A stretch of 32,000 bases of DNA, taken from NCBI GenBank assembly GCA_963820985.1, contig CAWGCI010000011.1, positions 65,724 to 97,723 of the forward strand. The letters run 5' to 3'. Below are positions 9,702 to 20,434 of this stretch, piece by piece. This DNA is from an uncultured Actinomycetota bacterium. GTDB lineage: Bacteria > Actinomycetota > Actinomycetes > Mycobacteriales > Mycobacteriaceae. Positions within the stretch are counted from its first letter, which is position 1. The number at the start of each line of letters is the position of its first letter. The notes under the pieces are model-generated. The model was not told the origin of the DNA. It did no database searches and was given only the letters and a program-made list of their open reading frames with translations. A program made the position numbers and the translations under genes.

Positions 9702-11348
9702 ATGACATATGTGATCACGGAGCCGCAGATAATGTCGGCGGTTGCAACGGATGTCGAGGGGATCGGTTCGGCGATCAGCGCGGCCAATGCGGCGGCGGCC
9801 GGCTCAACATCGGCGCTGCTGGCGCCGGCCGCCGATGAGGTGTCCACGGCGATCACAAATCTCTTCGGCACTTACAGCCGCGAATATCATGCCGTGGTCA
9901 AGCAAGCCGCCGCGTTCCACCACGAGTTCACCCAAGCGCTGGCCGCCGCAGGCAACGCCTACGCCAGCGCCGAAGGCGCCAACACCGCCACATTGGGCGC
10001 CGCGCCTCAGGCGAATCCGCAATTCACGCCAATCAGCGCCGAACTGACATTGTTCGTGGGTCCGACCGGAGTCCCGATACCTTCACCGAAATACGTCACC
10101 AACGCCAACAACCTATACATCCGATCGACTAACGCGCTGCAAGCGCTGTTCACGCCCGAAGAGTTATACCCCATTACGGGTGTCAAGAGCATGACCTTGA
10201 ATAGTTCGGTCAACGAGGGCCTGACTATTCTCAATAACGCGATCACGCAACAACTTCAAAACCCGTCAAACACACTCAGCGTTTTCGGTTACTCGCAAAG
10301 CGCGATCATCGCCTCGCTGGAAATGCAGAAGCTCGCAGCCCTGGGACCCCTGGCTCCGAGCGCCAGCCAGCTCAACTTCGTGCTGGTCGGCAACGAGATG
10401 AATCCCAATGGCGGGCTGCTCGCGCGCTTTCCGAACCTGAGCATCGCGAGTCTGGGTTTGACCTTCTACGGCGGTACGCCCGCGGACACGATCTACCCGA
10501 CCAACATCTACACCCTCGAGTACGACGGCTTCGCCGACTTCCCGCAATACCCGCTCAATTTCGTATCCGACCTCAACGCCGTTACGGGCATCTTGTTCGT
10601 ACACACCACCTATGTGAACCCGTTCTTGGGTATGCCGGCAGTCACGCCGACCCAGGTGGATAACGCTATTCAGCTGTCGACGTCGCCGGGCTACTACACC
10701 AATGGCGGCGTCACCAACTACTACATCATTCCCACCCAGAATCTGCCGCTGTTGGACCCGCTGCGGTACATACCCGTCATCGGCAACCCCATCGCAGACC
10801 TGCTCCAACCCGACTTGAGGGTGATCGTCAATCTGGGCTACGGCAATCCCGACTACGGCTGGTCGACCGGGTATGCGAACGTGACCACCCCGTTCGGTTT
10901 GGCCCCGCACGTCGGCGCGAGCGTTGTCCTCAATGATCTTGCCGCCGGTACTCACGAAGGAATCCAGGCCTTCAAAGCCGACCTTGCGAACCCCCCACCG
11001 GTGATCAAGCTGCCACCGTCAACGCCACCAACCCCAATTGCTCCGACTCCCGTCAACATTGCCAACACGATCGCCGATATTGTGTCGACCGACTACGCCG
11101 TTCTGCTTCCAACGGCGGACACGGGGCTTTCCTTCGTGACCACCCTCCCGGCGTATGACGCGACCCTCTTCGTGGGCCAACTTCTGCAGGGCAACCTCGC
11201 CAACGCGATCGGCTATCCGATCGCTGCTGACGTGGGGTTGGCCACCGTGGCGGGCTTCGTTGAGTTCGGGGTCATCGGGTCAGCGGTGAGCAGCAACATC
11301 AAAGACATCTACAGCCTTATCCTCGGCCTCGAGGGCCTCATTCCCTAA
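9702..11348 (+). CDS. PE family protein with PE-PPE hydrolase-like domain and hydrophobic C-terminal tail (array copy 2)
   Basis: ATG 9702 lies 8 nt after AGGAGG (9688-9693). 548 aa: MTYVITEPQIMSAVATDVEGIGSAISAANAAAAG...EVSTAITNLFGTYSREYHAV (PE domain). Then SVFGYSQSAIIASLEM, MNPNGGLLARFPN, YTLEYDGFADFPQYP, TSPGYYTNGGVTNYYI and PDLRVIVNLGYGNPDYGWS, with the C-terminal tail AIGYPIAADVGLATVAGFVEFGVIGSAV...GLIP. Confidence 0.9.
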   Translation: MTYVITEPQIMSAVATDVEGIGSAISAANAAAAGSTSALLAPAADEVSTAITNLFGTYSREYHAVVKQAAAFHHEFTQALAAAGNAYASAEGANTATLGAAPQANPQFTPISAELTLFVGPTGVPIPSPKYVTNANNLYIRSTNALQALFTPEELYPITGVKSMTLNSSVNEGLTILNNAITQQLQNPSNTLSVFGYSQSAIIASLEMQKLAALGPLAPSASQLNFVLVGNEMNPNGGLLARFPNLSIASLGLTFYGGTPADTIYPTNIYTLEYDGFADFPQYPLNFVSDLNAVTGILFVHTTYVNPFLGMPAVTPTQVDNAIQLSTSPGYYTNGGVTNYYIIPTQNLPLLDPLRYIPVIGNPIADLLQPDLRVIVNLGYGNPDYGWSTGYANVTTPFGLAPHVGASVVLNDLAAGTHEGIQAFKADLANPPPVIKLPPSTPPTPIAPTPVNIANTIADIVSTDYAVLLPTADTGLSFVTTLPAYDATLFVGQLLQGNLANAIGYPIAADVGLATVAGFVEFGVIGSAVSSNIKDIYSLILGLEGLIP

Positions 11349-11535
11349 CCCGCCCTGCTGATTTCAGCCAGCCGTCCGGGCCGGCGCAGAAACTCCCGGT
11401 AAATGGCAGACATACTAAGCGGATCGCTCTAAGCTACTCAGTGCCAGCACCGCACTGGCCGGGTTCGTCGGGTCATCGGTTCACTGCGTCGTCGGTATCA
11501 CAGACGAATACCCCTTGTCGTGAAGGGAACAGCTG

Positions 11536-13335
11536 ATGACGACCTTGCTCACGGAACCGCAATTGGTGAAGACGGCCGCCGCGGAACGTAGCGGAAATTA
11601 GATCGGCGATCGGCGCGGCCAAAGTGGCCGCCGCGGGCCCGACAACCGGTGTGGCGGCAGCGGCCGCCGATGAGGTGTCAGCGGCCGCCGCAAAGTTGTT
11701 CGGCGGCTACGCCCAGGACTATCAGGCCGTCCTCAATCAGGCGGCGGCTTTTCATGAGGAGTTCGCTGCGGCGTTGGCCTCCGCTGGGAACGCCTACGCG
11801 GCGGCCGAGGCCGCCAACGCCAGCGCGATCTCTGGCGCGTGGGGCACTCGCCCCCCGGACGCTGTGGGCCCGATCCTCGGCTCACCGACGCCACAGATGG
11901 TGCAGCCGCCACTGCAGGGAACGACCATTGGTTTGATCATGGGCGGCAGCGGCCTGCCGATACCCCCGCCGTCCTACGTCACCGCCGTTCTCAACTACGT
12001 CAACCACAACTTCAATGTGCTCCCCGTCCAATGCACATGCCCTGTTCACGCCCGAGGGCTACTACCCGCTCATTCTCAAGAGCTTGCCCCTCACCCCGTC
12101 GATAAGCCAGGGCCTGCAGATCCTCGACAGCGCGATCAAAACCACGCTAGCCAACAACCCCGCGGGCAGCGTTGCCGTTTTGGGCTACTCGCAGAGCGCC
12201 GACATCTCCTCGCTGGAAATGTTGAACCTCGCGAACCCCATGCTCAACCCGAACCCGCCGACCGCAAATCAACTCGGCTTCACCCTGCTGGGTGATCAGA
12301 TGAATCCCAACGGCGGCATTTTTGCGCGCTTCCCGGGCTTCCCGGCGGGTCAGCCACTACAGCTCCCGGCTCTGGGGTTGACGTTCTACGGCGCGACGCC
12401 CTCGAACACCATCTACCCGACCAACATCTACACGATGGAATACGACGGATGGGCCGACTTCCCGCAATACCCGATCAACTTCATTTCCGACCTGAACGCG
12501 CTTTGCAGGCATCGCCTTTGTGCACGGCACCTATCCGACCCTGAATCCGTCGGCGCTTCCCCCTGGCTACACCCTTCGAGACATTGCCGACGTCTCCGGG
12601 CTACACCGGCGTCACCAACTACTACATGATCACCACGCCGAACGGTCTGCCGCTGTTGGAGCCGTTGCGGGTGATACCGGTCATCGGCAACCCACTCGCC
12701 GACCTGCTGCAACCGGATCTGACGACGATCGTCAACCTGGGCTACGGAAACCCCAACTTCGGCTACAGCACAGGGCCGGCGGACGTGCAGACGTATTTCG
12801 GGCTGTTCCCCCACGTACAGCCAGGCCCTGATCGCTCAGGATCTGATCACCGGAGCCCAGCAGGGAAGCCGTCGCCTTCATCAGCGACATCCACGCAGAA
12901 ACCGCGACGTCGTGGCCAACGTTTCCCACTCACTGGCGTCGCTGGCGACAACAGGCACGGGCGGAGGGGGCGTGTCCCTGCCCGCACTGACGTCCGCACT
13001 GGCGGCAAGCCTGTCACCCGACAGCATCATCCCGAGAGCATCCAGGGGGCAGTCACCAACTTCGCCAACGGGATCTCGAATACCGCGGCGAATCTTTACG
13101 GAGCTCTGCTTCCGACGGCAGACATCGTGAATACCGTGGTTACCGTGTTCCCGGCCTATGACGTCAACCTGTTCCTGAGCGGAATCCAGCAAGCGATCAA
13201 CGGGAACGCTGCTGTGTTCTCGGTGGATTGCAATATGCATTCGTCGCTCCGATTGCTGCCGACACGGGATTGCTCACACTCGCAGCTGGTATCGAGCTCG
13301 AAGTGATACTGAACGCGCTCGGAATCAGCCTTTAG
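11536..13335 (+). pseudogene. PE family / PE-PPE-domain gene (array copy 3) with about nine frame changes as written
   Basis: ATG 11536 (MTTLLTEPQLVKTAAA) runs into TAG 11599-11601. The rest of a full-length homologue of copies 1 and 2 is recoverable only by hopping frames 1>2>3>1>2>3>1>3>2>1, at about 11584, 12026, 12504, 12580-12586, 12824, 12864, 12910-12912, 13029-13034 and 13214-16. All family blocks are present (AADEVSAAAAKLFGGYAQDYQAV, GLIMGGSGLPIPPPSYV, AVLGYSQSADISSLEM, MNPNGGIFARFPG, YTMEYDGWADFPQYP, TSPGYTGVTNYYM, PDLTTIVNLGYGNPNFGYS, LLPTADIVNTVVTVFPAYDVNLFLSG, APIAADTGLLTLAAGIELEVILNALGISL*). Final stop TAG 13333-13335. Confidence 0.8.
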
Positions 13336-13429
13336 CTCGCTGGCGCCATGCCGAGCTTGATTGCGCGACACCGGCGTGGTGATGGCGGTGGTGATGCGCC
13401 GGGCCCAATAGGCGAACGGTACTCGACTT

Positions 13430-14398
13430 CTACGGCTCGAGCACAAGCTTGCCGAGCACGCCGCCGTCGGCTAGGCACTGCAGCGCATCTTGGGCTTCCG
13501 ACAGCGGATAGCGTTGCGGTGGAGGCGGTTTCAGCCCCAAAAACACCAGCTGGCTCAGGCCCCAGGCGAACAGGGCGGCCGAACCGGGGACCTTGTTGAG
13601 GTACTCGCCCCACGCCACGCCCACCACGCTGACGTTGCGCAGCAGCAGCCGGTTGACCTGGACGGTGGGAATGCCGCCCGCGGCGAAGCCGATCACCAGC
13701 AGTTTGCCGTCGATGGCCAGCACGCGAATCGCGTCGTCGAAGGTCGGGCCGCCGATGGGATCGACGACGATGTCCACGCCCTGACCGTGAGTGTGTTCGC
13801 GCACCCGCTCCGCCCACCCGTCGGTCAACGGCAACACCACGTCGGCGCCGAGCGACGACACATAATCGGCCGCGCCCTCACGGTGCACCACGGCGATCAC
13901 CTGGCTCGCGTTCATCGCCTTGGCGATCTGGATGGCCGCGGTGCCCACCCCACCGGCGGCGCCCAGTACCAGCACGCTGTCACCCGGCCGCATCGCGGCG
14001 CGACGAGCCAGCGCGAAGTACATGGTGTTGTAGTTCACCAGCAGCGAAACCGCTTGAGCGTCATCGAGTTCCGCCGGACTGCGGACCACGTTGCCCACCG
14101 GAACCGCCACCCGCTCCGCGTAGCCGCCGAGAACTCCGAACGCTGACACCCGTTCGCCCACGTGGAATCCCGAGGTCTCCGGCGCAGACCGGACGACGCC
14201 CGCGGTTTCCATGCCGGGAACGAAGGGCGGCGGCAACTTCAGTTGATACTCGCCCTTCGTCAGCAGCAAGTCGGGAAAGCACACGCCGGCGGCGCGAACA
14301 TCGATGACGACGTTGTCATCGTCGCCGGTGACATCGTCGATGTCGGAGTAGACCATCCCGGATGGCCCCGAAAGCTCCTGTACAACACAGGCTTTCAT
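13430..14398 (-). CDS. NADPH:quinone oxidoreductase / zeta-crystallin-type MDR family oxidoreductase
   Basis: 322 aa. MKACVVQELSGPSGMVYSDIDD..., GVCFPDLLLTKGEYQ, PFVPGMETAGVV, and the cofactor-binding loop VLVLGAAGGVGTAAIQIAKA. Positional equivalent of Rv0149, which I remember as also 322 aa. Confidence 0.9.
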   Translation of the reverse strand: MKACVVQELSGPSGMVYSDIDDVTGDDDNVVIDVRAAGVCFPDLLLTKGEYQLKLPPPFVPGMETAGVVRSAPETSGFHVGERVSAFGVLGGYAERVAVPVGNVVRSPAELDDAQAVSLLVNYNTMYFALARRAAMRPGDSVLVLGAAGGVGTAAIQIAKAMNASQVIAVVHREGAADYVSSLGADVVLPLTDGWAERVREHTHGQGVDIVVDPIGGPTFDDAIRVLAIDGKLLVIGFAAGGIPTVQVNRLLLRNVSVVGVAWGEYLNKVPGSAALFAWGLSQLVFLGLKPPPPQRYPLSEAQDALQCLADGGVLGKLVLEP

Positions 14399-15275
14399 AC
14401 GTGAGGGCTTGTTCTAGAGGCTGAATGTGGCTCTTTTGTGCGGCCGACAGGTCAGTGATCTCGGCCCACCGGGCGGCGATGTCGTCCACCGACGGCGGCT
14501 TGTCGAAGGTGACGCCGTCGTTCTGGAACAACGCGGTGCGCTGCACCTTGCCGCCGCCGACGATGAACACCGATCCGTTGTCGGCGCATTCCTCGGTGCA
14601 CAGGTACCCGATTACCGGTGCGACATAATCCGGCGTCAGCTTCTCGAACACCTCGGGCGGCAGGATGTCCTGCGTCATCCTGGTCGCCGCGATGGGCGCC
14701 AGTGCGTTCGCGTGGATGTTGTACTTGGCACCCTCGCGCGCCAGGCTGTTGATCAGGCCGACCAGACCGAGTTTGGCTGCGCCGTAATTGGTTTGGCCGA
14801 AGTTGCCGAACAGCCCGCTGGTAGAGGTGGCGACGACGACCCGGCCGTAACTCTGCTCGCGGAAGTGCGGCCAGGCCGCGCGGATCACGTTGTACCCGCC
14901 GTAGAGGTGCACCTTGAGCACGGCGTCCCAGTTCTCGAACGTCATCTTGTGGAAGGTGCCGTCGCGCAGGATGCCGGCGTTGCTCACCACACCGTGCACG
15001 GCGCCGAACTCGTCGAGCGCGGTTTTGATGATGTTGGCCGCGCCCTCTTCGTCGGCGACGCTGTCATAGTTGGCGGCCGCGCGGCCGCCCGCGTCTTTGA
15101 TCTCCTTGACCACCTCGTCGGCCATGTTGTGGCCGGCGCCGGTGCCGTCGCGGGCTCCACCGAGGTCGTTGACGACGACGCTGGCGCCTTCCCGGGCGAG
15201 GGTCAGGGCGTACTCACGGCCCAATCCCCCACCGGCTCCGGTCACGACGACGACACGATCCTGCACTCCTGGCAT
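14316..15275 (-). CDS. Short-chain dehydrogenase/reductase, MFE-2 (3R-hydroxyacyl-CoA dehydrogenase)-like; 3' end probably frame-shifted
   Basis: 319 aa as written. Contains VVVVTGAGGGLGREYALTLAREGASVVVNDLGG (TGxxxGxG), NAGILRD, and the catalytic S...YGAAKLG (YxxxK). After ...AEITDLSAAQ the ORF runs on for 39 further codons and overlaps the qor start by 83 nt. The +1 frame after the A4 run (plus-strand T-run 14434-14437) reads RATFSL then TAG at 14414-14416, giving 286 aa. Confidence 0.85.
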   Translation of the reverse strand: MPGVQDRVVVVTGAGGGLGREYALTLAREGASVVVNDLGGARDGTGAGHNMADEVVKEIKDAGGRAAANYDSVADEEGAANIIKTALDEFGAVHGVVSNAGILRDGTFHKMTFENWDAVLKVHLYGGYNVIRAAWPHFREQSYGRVVVATSTSGLFGNFGQTNYGAAKLGLVGLINSLAREGAKYNIHANALAPIAATRMTQDILPPEVFEKLTPDYVAPVIGYLCTEECADNGSVFIVGGGKVQRTALFQNDGVTFDKPPSVDDIAARWAEITDLSAAQKSHIQPLEQALTYESLCCTGAFGAIRDGLLRHRRCHRRR

Positions 15276-15312
15276 CAGGTTCCTTTCTGGGAGCGATTGG
15301 AAATCGGCACAA

Positions 15313-16746
15313 TCAGAACATGCGGCGAGCCAGCTTGAACGCGCGCTCGGTGTAGGGCGGGTAGATGATGCTCGAGAAGTCGGGCCGGGTCGGCTTGGTC
15401 AGCACCGACTTGCGATGGCTGAACTCGTCGAATCCCCACTTGCCGTGATAGGCACCCATACCCGAGGCGCCGACGCCGCCGAACGGCAGCTTGGCCGTCG
15501 ACACCTGGAACGCGAGGTGGTTGACCAGCATGCCACCGGCCGGCACTTCCTTGATGAACCGCTCGCGGGTCTCGCGCCCCTTGGTGAACAGGTACGCCGA
15601 CAACGGCTTTGGCCGCGCGTTGATGAAACGGATCGCGTCGTCCAGGGACTCGACGGTGAGCACCGGCAGGATCGGCCCGAAGATCTCGTTCTTCATCAAC
15701 GGCCCGTCGGGGTCGGGGTCGACGACAACGGTCGGCTGGATGCGCAGGCTCGACGCGTCGCACTTGCCACCCACGGCCACCGTGCTTTTCCCGTCGGCTT
15801 CGGCGTTGGAGATGTAGCCGCTCAACCGCTCGAACTGGCGCTGGTTGACGATCCGCATTCCGCTCTGGTCGTCCTCGGACCGGAACTTCGTGAGGGCGGC
15901 GCCGATCTTGCTGACCAGCTCGTCGCGGATGGTCGCGTCGGCCAGCACGTAGTCGGGGGCGACGCAGGTCTGGCCGCCGTTGAGGATCTTCATCCAGGCG
16001 ATCCGCTTGGCCGCGACGTCGATGTCGCCGTCGGCCGCCACCACCACCGGGCTCTTGCCGCCGAGCTCGAGGGTGACCGGGGTCAGGTGCGGGGCGGCGC
16101 CCTCGTAGACCTTGCGGCCGATCTCGGTGCCGCCGGTGAACATGACGCGGTCCAGGCCCTGGGCGATCAGCTCCTGGCTCACCATGCCGTCGCCCTCGAC
16201 CACCGCGATCGCGTCGTTGTCGAGGTAGCGGGGAACCAGCTCGGCCATCAACCGCGACGACGCCGCGGCGATTTCCGAGGGCTTCAGGACCACGGCGTTG
16301 CCGGCCGCGATCGCCCCGACGGCCGGGCCCAGCGTCAGGTAGAACGGGTAGTTCCAGGCGCCGATGATCAGCACGGTGCCGTAGGGCTCGTACTCCACCC
16401 AGCCGCGGCCGGGCAGCTGCGGCAGCTCGAGCAGCAGATACTTGCGCTTGGCCCACTTGCGGACCTTCTTGGCCGCGTATTTCGCCTCGCTGACGGTCGT
16501 CGCGACGTCGGCGATGAATGCCTCAACCGGGTTGCGGTCCAGATCTTCGGCAAGCGCCTTGGCGATCGCGTCCTCGTTCTCTTCCATCAACGCCGCAAGC
16601 GCCAGCAACTGCTTCTTGCGCCACTCGATACTGCGGGTGCGCCCGGTGGCGAAGGTCTTGCGCAGCCGGGCCACCGTTTCGGCGACGCCGGGTGAGGTCT
16701 CGTGCTCGGATTCTTGCGTCTTCGGTGCAACCGATTCGGTCGTCAT
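15313..16746 (-). CDS. Aldehyde dehydrogenase (class-3 / fatty-aldehyde type)
   Basis: 477 aa, uninterrupted. Contains WNYPFYL, VVLKPSE, the catalytic Glu block ELGGKSP, the catalytic Cys block GQTCVAPDY, and EIFGPILPV. GAAGGGAAG lies upstream of ATG 16746. Confidence 0.9.
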   Translation of the reverse strand: MTTESVAPKTQESEHETSPGVAETVARLRKTFATGRTRSIEWRKKQLLALAALMEENEDAIAKALAEDLDRNPVEAFIADVATTVSEAKYAAKKVRKWAKRKYLLLELPQLPGRGWVEYEPYGTVLIIGAWNYPFYLTLGPAVGAIAAGNAVVLKPSEIAAASSRLMAELVPRYLDNDAIAVVEGDGMVSQELIAQGLDRVMFTGGTEIGRKVYEGAAPHLTPVTLELGGKSPVVVAADGDIDVAAKRIAWMKILNGGQTCVAPDYVLADATIRDELVSKIGAALTKFRSEDDQSGMRIVNQRQFERLSGYISNAEADGKSTVAVGGKCDASSLRIQPTVVVDPDPDGPLMKNEIFGPILPVLTVESLDDAIRFINARPKPLSAYLFTKGRETRERFIKEVPAGGMLVNHLAFQVSTAKLPFGGVGASGMGAYHGKWGFDEFSHRKSVLTKPTRPDFSSIIYPPYTERAFKLARRMF

Positions 16747-16876
16747 CGCTGTCTTCCCTTCATCGGATCGTCCCCGGATGCGCCCACGCTTGTTCGTGCG
16801 GTCTCACATCGGTGCTAACCGCGATCCTAATCACCTGGGCAGAGCGGCAGGGAAGAGCCGCCCGTGAGTGGCCGGA

Positions 16877-17799
16877 TCAGGGCTTGGTGGCGGTGACGAA
16901 GATGTTCACAAACGGCCGCGCGTCCGACAGCGGCGTCCGGCCCAGCCGCTCCGCTTCGTCGCGGGCACTCACCGACACGGTGGTCCAGCCGCGCGCGGCG
17001 AACCAGTCGGCCGGCTCGGAGCGGTCCCCGTGGTCGAACCATAGGTCGAACGGGTTGAACGAGGTGTCTTCGCCGCGGGCTTCGCGTTTGGCTCGCAAGG
17101 CGACCCACTTCTCTTCGGCTTCTTTGCGTTTCTCTTCGTCGGCACCGAAGATTTCGACGGCGGCCCGGCTGCCGGACCCGCTCAGCTGGTCGATCGATTC
17201 GAACATGGCTTCCTGGGCAGCGGCCGGCAGAAACGGCAACAGTCCTTCGGCCAGCCACGCCGTCGGACGGGCAGGGTCGAAACCGGCGTCGCGCAACGCC
17301 TGCGGCCAGTCGTGACGCAGGTCGACGGGCACCGCTCGCCGATCCGTCGTCGGCTCGGCGCCATGCTGTGCCAACGTCTCGGCCTTGTACTCCAGTACCT
17401 TGGGCAGGTCGATCTCGTAGACGACGGTCCCGTCCGGCCAGGCCAATCGGTACGCGCGCGAATCCAGACCGGCCGCCAGGATGACCACCTGCCGGACACC
17501 GGCCCCAGCAGCCTCGGCGAAGTACGCGTCGAAGAAGTGGGTGCGCACCGCCTGGTAGTTGATCATCTGCTGGGCGCCAACCGCGAAGTCCACCTCGTCA
17601 TCGCGGTCTCCGGCCCACCAGGCCGCTACCTGTTCGCGCACCCCTTCGAGCTCGGGCGTCGACACCAGTGGCTCGGCGAACTGGTCCCGGATCAGCGGGT
17701 CGGCGCTGGCGGTTTCGCGGGCACGGGCCAGCGCGACCATTACCGCGGTAGCTCCGACGCTGGTTGCGATGTCCCAGGAGTCGTCCGCGGTGCGCGGCA

Positions 17800-17800
<1 letters not shown>
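16877..17800 (-). CDS. SAM-dependent methyltransferase, LCMT/TIGR00027 family (copy 1)
   Basis: 307 aa. [60 protein letters not shown] (SAM-binding), [23 protein letters not shown]. The ATG overlaps the stop of copy 2 (TAATG, 17798-17802). Confidence 0.9.
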
Positions 17801-19716
<1,916 letters not shown>

Positions 19717-19797
19717 GTCCCGACCATGGTACCCGAAAAAGTTAGTTAGCCTATGCGCTTTGTGGGCCACATCACCGGCGGTCGGCGGCCTCGTCGG

Positions 19798-20434
19798 TCA
19801 GGTGCCGTGCTCCCAGAAAGCGCCTTCCAGCAGATGGCGCAACGTCTCGGTCACGGCCCGCATCTCTTGGAAGCTCCGGAGATAACCGGCGTAAAAGCCC
19901 ACGCCAACGAGCACGATCAGCAGCGTCTCGGCCAATGACGGGACATCTGTGCCTGATTTGAGCTCGCCGCGCTTGATGGCATCATCGACGGCCCAATTCA
20001 GAAATTCCCGGCTAATTACGACGGCGTCGTTTTCGGCTCGATGCAATTCCGGGTGGCGCTGCGAATCCAGCACGGCGGTGACCAGAAACGCTGCGACCGA
20101 AGGATTCTCAGAACTCGCACGCATCGCCACGCCAATGAATTCCGCCAGCCGGCCCATCAGGCTCGTCACCCGTTTGGCATGTTCGATGCCGGTCGTGACG
20201 ACGAGTTCGTTGGTGCTGGTCCACCACCTCGCAGTACAGCAGCCGCTTACTGGAAAAGTAGTGATTGATCGCGGGACGAGTCAGGTCGGCGCGGACGGCG
20301 ATCGCCTGGAAAGTCGCTCCGTCATAACCACGTTCACTGAACACCTCACGCGCGGCGCGCACAATCCGCTTCCGCGTCTCGTCGGCCTTCGCCGCCGGGG
20401 GACGTCCGGGTCTTCGATTCGCCGTAGTCGGCAC
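19798..20434 (-). pseudogene. TetR family transcriptional regulator, one +1 frame change as written
   Basis: GTG 20434 opens MPTTANRRPGRPPAAKADETRKRIVRAAREVFSERGYDGATFQAIAVRADLTRPAINHYFSSKRLLYCEVVDQ (TetR HTH), and that frame ends at 20108. TNELVVTTGIEHAKRVTSLMGRLAEFIGVAMR...GAFWEHGT (ligand-binding half) reads in the +1 frame from about 20214 to stop 19798. The span is 637 nt, i.e. 3n+1. Confidence 0.75.

Larger units (their letters stand above)
7858..13335 (+). repeat. Head-to-tail array of three paralogous PE/PE-PPE-domain genes
   Basis: Three units of about 1.65-1.8 kb are separated by spacers of 122 nt (9580-9701) and 187 nt (11349-11535). They are colinear at protein level along their whole length, including the C-terminal tail that the 1..1245 paralogue lacks. 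Confidence 0.8.

Noticed and set aside
15070-16695. 541-aa plus-strand ORF, and the 393-aa minus-strand ORF 15275..16456
   Set aside because: Both overlap the aldehyde dehydrogenase, which has clear catalytic motifs. Their translations are Arg/Gly/Pro/Asp-rich low-complexity sequence. They are shadow frames of a GC-rich gene.
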